A DNA stretch of 64,000 bases, taken from positions 30,831-94,830 of IMG/VR virus record IMGVR_UViG_3300014012_000001; one strand, 5' to 3'. This document shows positions 8,775 to 16,935 of this stretch, piece after piece. This DNA comes from a virus. Within the stretch, counting starts at the first letter, position 1. The number at the start of each line of letters is the position of its first letter. Made by a program: the position numbers and the translations under genes. A model generated the notes under the pieces. It was not told where the DNA came from. It saw nothing but the letters and a program-made list of their open reading frames with translations, and made no database searches.

Positions 8775-9404
8775 ATGAGTCTGGAACTACCTATGTCTGG
8801 TTTGTCAGATTCGATCGAACGGATAACGAGTGACTTTGTTATCCAACTCGACGACCATACAAACCGACTCAACGCAAATAAACAACAACTTGAACAGTTG
8901 GTACTAACTAAGGATTTGGTTGGTGACCCACTACGCTCTGGCTGCCTTCGTAAAGTGATCCACCAAGGCCACGTTTACGGAACTGGAGGTCCGGCTGGAG
9001 TTGGGTCCAAAGGCGAATACCCTAGAGTAGATTTAGGAACCACTGAAAGTGTTTATGTTCACTACCGTCTCCCGTTGAACATTAATCGGGATGTGTGTAT
9101 GTTCTGGTTCCGCATACTGGGGTATTGTTACGGAGCTGCTAAACCACTTAAGGAAACTTTTGTCGGTTACTGCTACAGCGAACAAACCGCACTTAAAGCA
9201 GTTCACACCCAAGGGAATTTCTCCCCCGCCGTGTATGTGGACGCTAGTGGTAACGTCGTGTTGCGGTTGTTCTTTCCATACATCTACTATACAACCTTTT
9301 CCATGGATACCATGACCGTCGGTATTGAAAAATGGATGCGTCTTTTTGGTAAAGACGATATTGAGGTTCGTCTATCTTTAGTCGCCACCTTGAATTTCGG
9401 TTAA
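8775..9404 (+). CDS. Putative tail fibre protein (paralog B2)
   Basis: Same length (209 aa) and motifs as 7913..8542. Confidence 0.6.
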   Translation: MSLELPMSGLSDSIERITSDFVIQLDDHTNRLNANKQQLEQLVLTKDLVGDPLRSGCLRKVIHQGHVYGTGGPAGVGSKGEYPRVDLGTTESVYVHYRLPLNINRDVCMFWFRILGYCYGAAKPLKETFVGYCYSEQTALKAVHTQGNFSPAVYVDASGNVVLRLFFPYIYYTTFSMDTMTVGIEKWMRLFGKDDIEVRLSLVATLNFG

Positions 9405-9462
9405 CGCGTTTACTTGCAGGGGCGCGACTGCGTCCCTGTGGGTTTTTATAAAAGGTATCGTC

Positions 9463-10113
9463 ATGACAATTCAAACACAACTGGTTGCGCTTAAGGTCAG
9501 CGTGGAAAAGGTTATCGCCGACACTACAACAGCACTGAAAAAGAAAGTGGCTTCGTCGTTTGCTGCCAACAACGCATTGTTGTTAGGCGGTAAAACCTTT
9601 GCTGAGATTATGTCCGCCAGTCAAGCTTCAGCAGCTGCTCACATCGCCGGTCGTAATAAGCACAACACCACGGCTGCCCAAGTAGGGAGCTACAGCACCG
9701 CACAAGTACAAGCGGCGTTAGCACAACTGTTGGCTGCTCAATATGTACCGATTTCTCGCTACGGGGCACCAGGTACCACTATTGCGCCCACTACTTCAGG
9801 TTTAAACCTGACCTTAAAACCAGTGTCCTGTTTCTTGGCTGGTCTGTATGCCAATCTGCCACAACAGGTACTGAGTTTTGCAGGTTATACCAATCGCACC
9901 AACTACGTGTATTTAGAGGTGTCGAATGGGTTGTTGGTCTATGTGATCAAAACCGCTAAAACACCAGACACGTTGACCAGCATGTTCTTAGGAACTGTTG
10001 TGACCTCAGCGACAGCTATCACTAGCCACACTTTGACGCACCTGTCTCGGTTGGACGTGTGTCGAATGGTCACCAACGCCAATGGTTCATTGGGTTTGGT
10101 TCGGGAGGTATAA
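9463..10113 (+). CDS. Virion/tail-fibre-associated protein
   Basis: NALLLGGKT and NKHNTTAAQVGSYS motifs; paralog of the next two genes. Confidence 0.6.
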   Translation: MTIQTQLVALKVSVEKVIADTTTALKKKVASSFAANNALLLGGKTFAEIMSASQASAAAHIAGRNKHNTTAAQVGSYSTAQVQAALAQLLAAQYVPISRYGAPGTTIAPTTSGLNLTLKPVSCFLAGLYANLPQQVLSFAGYTNRTNYVYLEVSNGLLVYVIKTAKTPDTLTSMFLGTVVTSATAITSHTLTHLSRLDVCRMVTNANGSLGLVREV

Positions 10114-10785
10114 ATGAGTATCATTGAAAAAATTACCGCTTTGCGTAACCAGCTGGATACGATGTTCACCGACATCAAAACTCTACTGAGTAAAAAGTTG
10201 GCTCGCGCCTCGGTAGCAGATAACGCCTTGGCCATTGAGGGTAAAACCCAAACCCATCTGACCAACACCGTGAATGTGGTTGTTGCCTCACACGAAGCGA
10301 ATAAATCCAATCCTCACCAAACCACTGCAGCCCATTTGGGAATGCTCACCACAGCTCAGATAGACGCCTTATTGGCACCTTTGATGCCGCAAGGACAGTT
10401 GGCAGTATCACGTTACGGGTCAATGGATACTACTTTCCCAACGGTGATCGGCAGTGGTGGCTGGGTGGTCAGTTTCCAAAACGCAGTGCCGGTGATCTTA
10501 ACAGGACAAGAAGGGGTGTTGGCGGCAGCTAACTACGACTTGTCGCAATCGATTGTTAACCCGGCCAACAAAACGATTTACGTTTATGTGGCGTTAGATG
10601 CCGGGGCGTTGCGTTACCGGTTCAGTGAATCGGTGTTGGCTGAGACGGACGTATTGATGAACATTGGCACTCTCACCACGAATGCCTCAGGTATCCTGAG
10701 CACAGCGATTCGTAAAGTGTCGCGTCTGATGACGCAATATCGGGTATACACCAACCGAGACGGAACGATTGAGGTGGTCGCATGA
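10114..10785 (+). CDS. Virion/tail-fibre-associated protein
   Basis: NALAIEGKT and NPHQTTAAHLG motifs; C-terminal domain (NKTIYVYV...IRKVSRL) shared with its neighbours. Confidence 0.6.
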   Translation: MSIIEKITALRNQLDTMFTDIKTLLSKKLARASVADNALAIEGKTQTHLTNTVNVVVASHEANKSNPHQTTAAHLGMLTTAQIDALLAPLMPQGQLAVSRYGSMDTTFPTVIGSGGWVVSFQNAVPVILTGQEGVLAAANYDLSQSIVNPANKTIYVYVALDAGALRYRFSESVLAETDVLMNIGTLTTNASGILSTAIRKVSRLMTQYRVYTNRDGTIEVVA

Positions 10786-13607
10786 AATTCAATCTTAACC
10801 TAACTGCCTTGTCTGATGCGATGGGGCGGTACTTTCTGGCTTTACATGATAAAGCCATTTCACGTGTGGTGCCAACCGTCAGTGCTGACAACAGCGACGC
10901 ACTGAATGGCCTACCGTACAGCGATTTGGAAACACAAAGTCTGCAAACGATCATGGACCATCAACTGGTTAAAGGCAACCCACACAACCTGACGCCGGCG
11001 GATGTTGGTGGTTATAGTGAAGCTGAGGTGCGTAGTTTGGCCGCCACACGGATGCCTGAAGGGATTCTGCCGTTATCCTCGTACGGCACACCCGACTACC
11101 TGCCGGTGGGTTTGGCCGCCACATTCGAAGGAGCCACCACCATCACCTCACCCAAAGATGCTGGTATGTTCGTGGAAGACGATGGAACATTGATCATACT
11201 GAGAAATGGGACCAACGGTTCAGGACGAGGTGTATACTACGCCTATTTAAGAAACGCGATGGTAGGTGACCTTCGCCAACCCATTCGTACCAATAAGAAA
11301 TATCGCCCTGATTATTTTCCCGCGGGTATGGAAGCGGCATATGTCATCAGTTGTAGCGAATCGATCATCATGGGTCGTCTCCAAGATGCGAATGGGGTTT
11401 TAGGGGACTACTTTATCTCGTTGACCAATGGAACCTACAACGATAAAAAACACACTGGCGCTCTCATCTCAACCACTACGTATCAAGGTTTACGGGGAAC
11501 AGCCATTCTGGCCGGCTCCACCATCTACTACATGATCCCGACGGGTCTTAACGCAAGCGGTGCGTTTGGTTATTTGGTTTACCAAGTTTCTAAAGCGGCC
11601 GTTCAAGCGGGCGGAACTGTAGCATTTACCTTGGTGACAGGTATCACTACTACAGGATTCAGTGGAACGGTAGCAAACGCTAGCTTGATCCATCTAGCTA
11701 ACGTCAGTGTCAGTGACGATCCGGCCACTAAACCACTGGTATTGTCAGTCGGTACTGGTTTTACAGCCCGCAACGTCTTCCACTACGAGATACCATACCT
11801 TCAATTGGCTGCTGACCCTGTCACCGGTAAATTGCGCGGGTTGGTGATAGGACGCTCCTATTTTGCTAACAGTTACTCCAGTAACCGAGGTGCAGTGATC
11901 TTTAGCTTCACCTACGATCCTGTGAGCAAAAAAGCTGCGCTGGACGAGACGAACATTGTTCAAGCAACGATGACTCGTCAAGACAACAACTCCATTACTC
12001 CGTCAGGAACGTTGTTTTCTAAATCCGAATGGGCTTTAGGTTACCCGCCCACCGGCAACGTCTACGACGCCCGCATCTATTCGGGGAGTGGGTGGGTATT
12101 CCACATGATCAACAACCAAGCAGTTGATAACGTGGCTTTGTATCGCTCACAGATGGTTGACTTCAGTGACAAATACGAAGCTCTGCGCTTACCTCGTCAG
12201 TCTGTTGTGAACTATAGTGGTATATCGCTACCGCCCGCATTTGGTAGTGCAGTAGGTGGTAAGTTGGCAGCCCCTATTGCGTTGTCAGATACGCGTATGA
12301 TCTTCTTCTCTAACGGCCGGTCGCGCAATGGTGAAACAATAGACGGATTGGCATATACCGACTTGGAAGGACTCCCAACCGGATATACGCACAAGTCGAT
12401 CTATAACGGTAGCTACAGCGGTTACAAACCGTCAGCGAATCGCGATTTCTTAACCGACATTGGTGTGAGTAACCCCATTGATCTTGCGGCACCAATCGTA
12501 GAGGTAAATGGATCTTCTCACACAGTAGCCGGTACGCGGTATTTGGATGGTTTAAAAACCACCGCCCCTGTACGCATCAATGCGGACTTTACTACCAGTG
12601 GTTCAGGGACGATGTCACAAGCAGTGATTGATGACCTTAAAGCCAAATTAGCTGTGGCGTTATCGGCTGCTGGTGAAGCGGGTGTGGTTCGAGACATGGT
12701 TGTTGATGTGGTGTTCCCACAAGCCTCAGGCGTACCTCCATTCGCAGTGGTGATGGTCCTTTACACCAACCGTATCATCCAAAAGTTTGTGGCTCGTTTG
12801 AATGTGGCCAGTGGTGTAGCTAGTGGGGCAGTAACTGAAGTGACCGTACACTCCCTGTCACCTCGGGTTCTTTTGACCACGGGTGGCGTGTCTCTGACAC
12901 GCTATCCAGGCTATCAACTCTACGCCGGTGCGACAGTTATTTACACTGTAGGGTCTGTATGTCTGATCGGGTACGCTGGACCTTTTGGCTACAGCTACGT
13001 TGGTAATGGTCCGCAAACAAGCATCCGTTTTAAGTACAACAAAACCACCGGCCAGTTTGTTTTCGGTGCTGGGCTGGGATTTGAGGCGTATAATGCTCTA
13101 CACAGTAGTTGCTCGTACTATGCCTCACCGTCCTTGGGTCTAGGGATGATTTATGGCGTATCCGGTCCCTCTGGAGCAAACGATGAGTTGACTAAATTGG
13201 TGTTTGTGCCGATTGCCAAGATCTCCGAGAGTGAATTCGACAATTGGGTATTGGGTAACGTCCCTAAAACCAATTACCGTGTTTTGACGTCTCAAGAAGT
13301 GGCGCAAGGCTGGATGTTGTATTTCACCGAAGAAACATCGGTAGTAATCAACGGTCGTTTCTATAAACTGTCTCCGCAGAACATCAATTTGTTGAACATC
13401 ACCCCAACCCCCGCGAATAAGACGTTTTACGTTCACGTTCAAGTGGTAAACGGTGAAGCCAAATACTTGGTGAGTCTGACCAAACAAGCCGACAGCTCAA
13501 CTCTGTTGTATTTGGGGCGTGTGGTGACCGGTGCCAGCACCATCACCTCGATTGATGTACGCAAAGCCTCACGGCTGGAGAACATCCAATTGGTGGCAGC
13601 TGGTTAA
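10782..13607 (+). CDS. Large virion structural/tail-fibre protein (941 aa)
   Basis: NPHNLTPADVGGYS motif; G/S/T/V-rich beta body; C-terminal NKTFYVHV...VRKASRL domain shared with the two upstream paralogs. Confidence 0.7.
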   Translation: MKFNLNLTALSDAMGRYFLALHDKAISRVVPTVSADNSDALNGLPYSDLETQSLQTIMDHQLVKGNPHNLTPADVGGYSEAEVRSLAATRMPEGILPLSSYGTPDYLPVGLAATFEGATTITSPKDAGMFVEDDGTLIILRNGTNGSGRGVYYAYLRNAMVGDLRQPIRTNKKYRPDYFPAGMEAAYVISCSESIIMGRLQDANGVLGDYFISLTNGTYNDKKHTGALISTTTYQGLRGTAILAGSTIYYMIPTGLNASGAFGYLVYQVSKAAVQAGGTVAFTLVTGITTTGFSGTVANASLIHLANVSVSDDPATKPLVLSVGTGFTARNVFHYEIPYLQLAADPVTGKLRGLVIGRSYFANSYSSNRGAVIFSFTYDPVSKKAALDETNIVQATMTRQDNNSITPSGTLFSKSEWALGYPPTGNVYDARIYSGSGWVFHMINNQAVDNVALYRSQMVDFSDKYEALRLPRQSVVNYSGISLPPAFGSAVGGKLAAPIALSDTRMIFFSNGRSRNGETIDGLAYTDLEGLPTGYTHKSIYNGSYSGYKPSANRDFLTDIGVSNPIDLAAPIVEVNGSSHTVAGTRYLDGLKTTAPVRINADFTTSGSGTMSQAVIDDLKAKLAVALSAAGEAGVVRDMVVDVVFPQASGVPPFAVVMVLYTNRIIQKFVARLNVASGVASGAVTEVTVHSLSPRVLLTTGGVSLTRYPGYQLYAGATVIYTVGSVCLIGYAGPFGYSYVGNGPQTSIRFKYNKTTGQFVFGAGLGFEAYNALHSSCSYYASPSLGLGMIYGVSGPSGANDELTKLVFVPIAKISESEFDNWVLGNVPKTNYRVLTSQEVAQGWMLYFTEETSVVINGRFYKLSPQNINLLNITPTPANKTFYVHVQVVNGEAKYLVSLTKQADSSTLLYLGRVVTGASTITSIDVRKASRLENIQLVAAG

Positions 13608-13761
13608 ATGTTGAGGGGGTCAGTAAATAAGGGAAACTCCTACATTTCTCGTAGAATCTCAGGAATCTTATGAGAGAGCGATGAAAAAAGGGCTCTCGAA
13701 ACTGGCCTCTCGACACACCTTTTTTCAAGCTTGTTGTATTTCAAACTATCGGAGCATCAAA

Positions 13762-14688
13762 ATGTCTGAGAAACGTTTCTTCGGCTTTGCCGAGTTTTCG
13801 ACTTGGGTGTCGGAAAAAGTCGACGGGGCACTTGCCTCCGTCGCAGCATCGCTGGGGTCCAAGGTCGATAAGACTGATGACTTCGGTCAATACAAAGTGG
13901 GTGAACTGGAACTGGCTGTACTGTTGGCCGATCTGGCTTCGGGTGCTGACCTTGCCACTCTCCAACAGGGTTTCAACGATTTCGTCGCTGCTAAAGCTTC
14001 GACCGCTGAAGCCATCGCCGGTAATGATGACGCCAAATACCTGACTGCCGTCGGTGCTAAAGCGGCCATCGAAGCGGCAGTGAACGACCTGGTCGGTTCT
14101 GCTCCTGAAGCCATGAACACCATCATGGAACTGGCTACTGCCCTGGAGAACAACCCGGATGTGATTCAAGACCTGATCGATATGGTCGATACTCGGTTCA
14201 GTCAGGTTCATGGACGCATTGACGGTATCGATGAGTTGATGTTGACAAAAGCATCCCAAGACCAAATGGATACCGCTTTTGGTCTGATCAACGAAAAGGC
14301 TTCTCAGAGTAGCTTGGACAGTACCGCAGATGGCCTCATGGGTGCCATTAATGGAATCAGCTCGGTATTGGGTAGTAAGTTGGGTACCACCGATACCGCT
14401 GCCAATTCTTCGAAACTCGAAGGACGTACCAAAGCTCAAGTTGTGGCTGAAGCTGTAACCGCCGCCGAAACTGCACTGGCGGATGATTTGGCTGGTAAGC
14501 TCGGTACTACTGCCCAAGCTGCAGATTCTGCTAAGTTGGAAGGGCGTACCAAAGCTCAGGTCATCGCAGACACTACTGCTGCTCTGGCTCTGGGTACTGC
14601 TGCGAAATCCAACATCTTCGTGTCGACTGTCGACCCCATCTCCACTGACGGTAAAGACGGCGACCTGTGGATCAAGTACACCCCGTAA
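13762..14688 (+). CDS. Tail fibre protein
   Basis: LVGSAPEAMNTIMELATALENNPD tail-fibre motif; duplicated SKLEGRTKAQV; C-terminal GKDGDLWIKY. Start placed at MSEKRFF by RBS and the paralog. Confidence 0.8.
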   Translation: MSEKRFFGFAEFSTWVSEKVDGALASVAASLGSKVDKTDDFGQYKVGELELAVLLADLASGADLATLQQGFNDFVAAKASTAEAIAGNDDAKYLTAVGAKAAIEAAVNDLVGSAPEAMNTIMELATALENNPDVIQDLIDMVDTRFSQVHGRIDGIDELMLTKASQDQMDTAFGLINEKASQSSLDSTADGLMGAINGISSVLGSKLGTTDTAANSSKLEGRTKAQVVAEAVTAAETALADDLAGKLGTTAQAADSAKLEGRTKAQVIADTTAALALGTAAKSNIFVSTVDPISTDGKDGDLWIKYTP

Positions 14689-14711
14689 TTCATCACCTTG
14701 AGGTACGTTAA

Positions 14712-15335
14712 ATGAATACCTATTTCTCGCCTTCTCGTAAAGGCCTGTTCAACCTGCCGGTGGGTGACGATGCGGTTCTGTTGACCGAGGAAGTTGCTGC
14801 CGCACTGATGATCGAGTTGGCTGCCGGCAAGGTGCTCGATGCAGATGCCGAAGGCAATCCGATCGCTGTAGACGCACCTCACATCCCAACTCCGGAAGAA
14901 GAGTATCTGGCCAAGCCGCTGGCCGAGCGTCTGACCATCCAACTGGGTCGTCTGAATGCTGACTACGATCAGGCGGTGGCTGTCCTCAATGTCGATTACC
15001 CCGCTGCTGAAACACACACGTGGACCCTACAAGTCACTGAAGCCCGTGCGTACCAAGCATGGATCGATGGTGGTCGTGTAGGCGATGCTCCTGAAGTTCC
15101 GTTCCTGGTGGAACTGAACGAAGGGCGCGTGGCTGCAAATGTTGGCGACGGTTTCGAAGACCTGGTCTCGCGTATCCTGGCTAATGATGCAGTGTACAGT
15201 CCGGCGCTGGCTGGCTTCACTGCATACCGCCACGGTATCGAGAAACAACTGCGAACTGCTGAAGCGATGGGCGATGATGTTGCGTTCAACGCCATCAGCT
15301 GGACCTTTGCTCAACCGGAAGCTCCGGTAGCCTAA
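14712..15335 (+). CDS. Tail fibre assembly protein
   Basis: YFSPSRKGLF...GKVLDADAEGNPIAVD and YPAAETHTWTLQVTEARA motifs; directly downstream of a fibre gene. Confidence 0.7.
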   Translation: MNTYFSPSRKGLFNLPVGDDAVLLTEEVAAALMIELAAGKVLDADAEGNPIAVDAPHIPTPEEEYLAKPLAERLTIQLGRLNADYDQAVAVLNVDYPAAETHTWTLQVTEARAYQAWIDGGRVGDAPEVPFLVELNEGRVAANVGDGFEDLVSRILANDAVYSPALAGFTAYRHGIEKQLRTAEAMGDDVAFNAISWTFAQPEAPVA

Positions 15336-15341
15336 GGCGAA

Positions 15342-15415
15342 CCCATGAGGTCTTCGGGCCTCATGGGTTTTATGCCGGCATAAAGAGCACTCTAAGGGAC
15401 CGAAGTCCCTTAGAG
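15342..15415. terminator. Back-to-back intrinsic terminators of convergent operons, joined by the palindrome TTTATGCCGGCATAAA
   Basis: Hairpins CCCATGAGGTC-TTCG-GGCCTCATGGG and CTCTAAGGGAC-CGAA-GTCCCTTAGAG flank the 16-bp palindrome at 15369-15384. Confidence 0.85.
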
Positions 15416-15424
15416 GCCAAGTGG

Positions 15425-15694
15425 TTAGAAACCACAACGGGGAGTGTGAAAGTGAATCTCGACTGGTTCACCCACTTCAAACAGCGGATTGTCTAATACC
15501 AAACGGCCGATTCCTTGAGTGTTGAAGTAGTCCTGTACTTCATCGGGTCGACATACGCCGTTGATGATCGTAAAGAACCGCTTCTCGTCTCGATCGGATA
15601 CCACATAACCATGACGGTTCTCTTCACGGATGGGGTATTCCCGACATTCGAAGAGAAATGCCAAACGCTCCAGAGGACGGACTTGATTAACCAT
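15425..15694 (-). CDS. Hypothetical protein
   Basis: ORF from MVNQVRPLERL with a GAGGA RBS, at the end of the nrd operon. Confidence 0.6.
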   Translation of the reverse strand: MVNQVRPLERLAFLFECREYPIREENRHGYVVSDRDEKRFFTIINGVCRPDEVQDYFNTQGIGRLVLDNPLFEVGEPVEIHFHTPRCGF

Positions 15695-15770
15695 GGTCTT
15701 CCTCACTTCGCACGCACCAGGAAACAACGCCCAACAACACCGCGAAAAGTACTAACAGAACCGTGTTCAT
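15687..15770 (-). CDS. Small 27-aa membrane peptide (not in the ORF track)
   Basis: MNTVLLVLFAVLLGVVSWCVRSEEDHG*. Its ATG overlaps the nrdB stop (TGATG) and its end overlaps the next start. Confidence 0.5.
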   Translation of the reverse strand: MNTVLLVLFAVLLGVVSWCVRSEEDHG

Positions 15771-16888
15771 CAGAAGTCCACCGCGAACTCGATGTCCTCG
15801 TCATCACGTTCCATCAGACCCACTTTGTATTGAGCGTTGGCTTCTTCTTGCGGAGACGGCTGGATGTCGGAGATGTTCAACCAGGTCTTCATGTAGTGTA
15901 CCGGAATGCGGTCTACGATCGGGTGGTTGGTCTCCAGACCCATAGGACGGGCAACGTTCAGACCACACCAGTAAACCCAGTCGGTCGCTTGACGCAGATT
16001 GAGGTTCTGAAGGTCGTACCCATCAGCCCACAATACGTCAGTCAACCAGGTGATCTCAGCGTTCACTACAGCGTCGTATACCGCCTGCATGCGTGGCTTG
16101 AGTTGCCGATAGGCAATCTTACCTCGCTCGGTCTGAAGCTCGTTGTTCAGGATCATGCGGTCCAGTTCAACGTGGACTTCGAACTCATCCTGAGCGATCT
16201 TCTGAATCGCTTTACAGGCCGGCATGAAGCTGTTCTCTTCGCCCATGGCAAAGGTCACCACGAACGAGGACATGAACTGCAGACGCTCGAGAACGAACAT
16301 CAGGAAGGTGAACATGAAGATGGCGTTGTAGGTTTCCTGATCATTCGGGACTTCGCCCAGTTGATACAGAAGACCACGACGACGAATCCAAGTGAATTCG
16401 TTAGCCACCACAGCCAGGCGCTGGTGGGCTTCCACGATACCCAGTACTTCTTCCAACACCTTACGTGGGTCTTTAAAGCTCCCACGCACGATTTCAGAGT
16501 AAGTCGCACCGTGTACCACTTCGTTGTCCGAGACGCGCTGCCAGGCCGCCCACAGCTCGCTGGCGGGGTCAAACAACGACACGATGTGGCTGATCGAACG
16601 TGAAGCCACCGAATCGGCTTCCCACTGCCAAGCCAACGAGTAAATCATCTTACGCACTTTACGCGCGTCTTCAGTTTCAAACTCTACCATACAACTGGAG
16701 AAAGGAATCTCAGTCTCGTCCCAGTCTTGGGACTTCATGGTCTTGTAGTTTTCCCAGATCTGCGGATACTTCTTGTTGATGGTATCGAACAGACCAGGTT
16801 GCTGACCCAAGAACAAGCTCTTGGTTTCGTAGTCAGTCTTTTTCAAATTGAAGATAGCGGGATCTATCTCGACAGGCTTTAGTTTCAT
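15770..16888 (-). CDS. nrdB: Ribonucleotide reductase class Ia beta subunit
   Basis: Di-iron and tyrosyl-radical motifs EADSV, NEVVHGATY, LERLQFMSSF, DEFEVH; C-terminal SPQEEANAQY. Start at MKLKPVEID. Confidence 0.93.
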   Translation of the reverse strand: MKLKPVEIDPAIFNLKKTDYETKSLFLGQQPGLFDTINKKYPQIWENYKTMKSQDWDETEIPFSSCMVEFETEDARKVRKMIYSLAWQWEADSVASRSISHIVSLFDPASELWAAWQRVSDNEVVHGATYSEIVRGSFKDPRKVLEEVLGIVEAHQRLAVVANEFTWIRRRGLLYQLGEVPNDQETYNAIFMFTFLMFVLERLQFMSSFVVTFAMGEENSFMPACKAIQKIAQDEFEVHVELDRMILNNELQTERGKIAYRQLKPRMQAVYDAVVNAEITWLTDVLWADGYDLQNLNLRQATDWVYWCGLNVARPMGLETNHPIVDRIPVHYMKTWLNISDIQPSPQEEANAQYKVGLMERDDEDIEFAVDF

Positions 16889-16935
16889 ATCACACTCTGA
16901 CAAAAAAGAAAGGAGGGCCGAAGCCCTCCTACAGG

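Noticed and set aside
15425..15727. Glutaredoxin or thioredoxin downstream of nrdB
   Set aside because: No CxxC motif; left as hypothetical.
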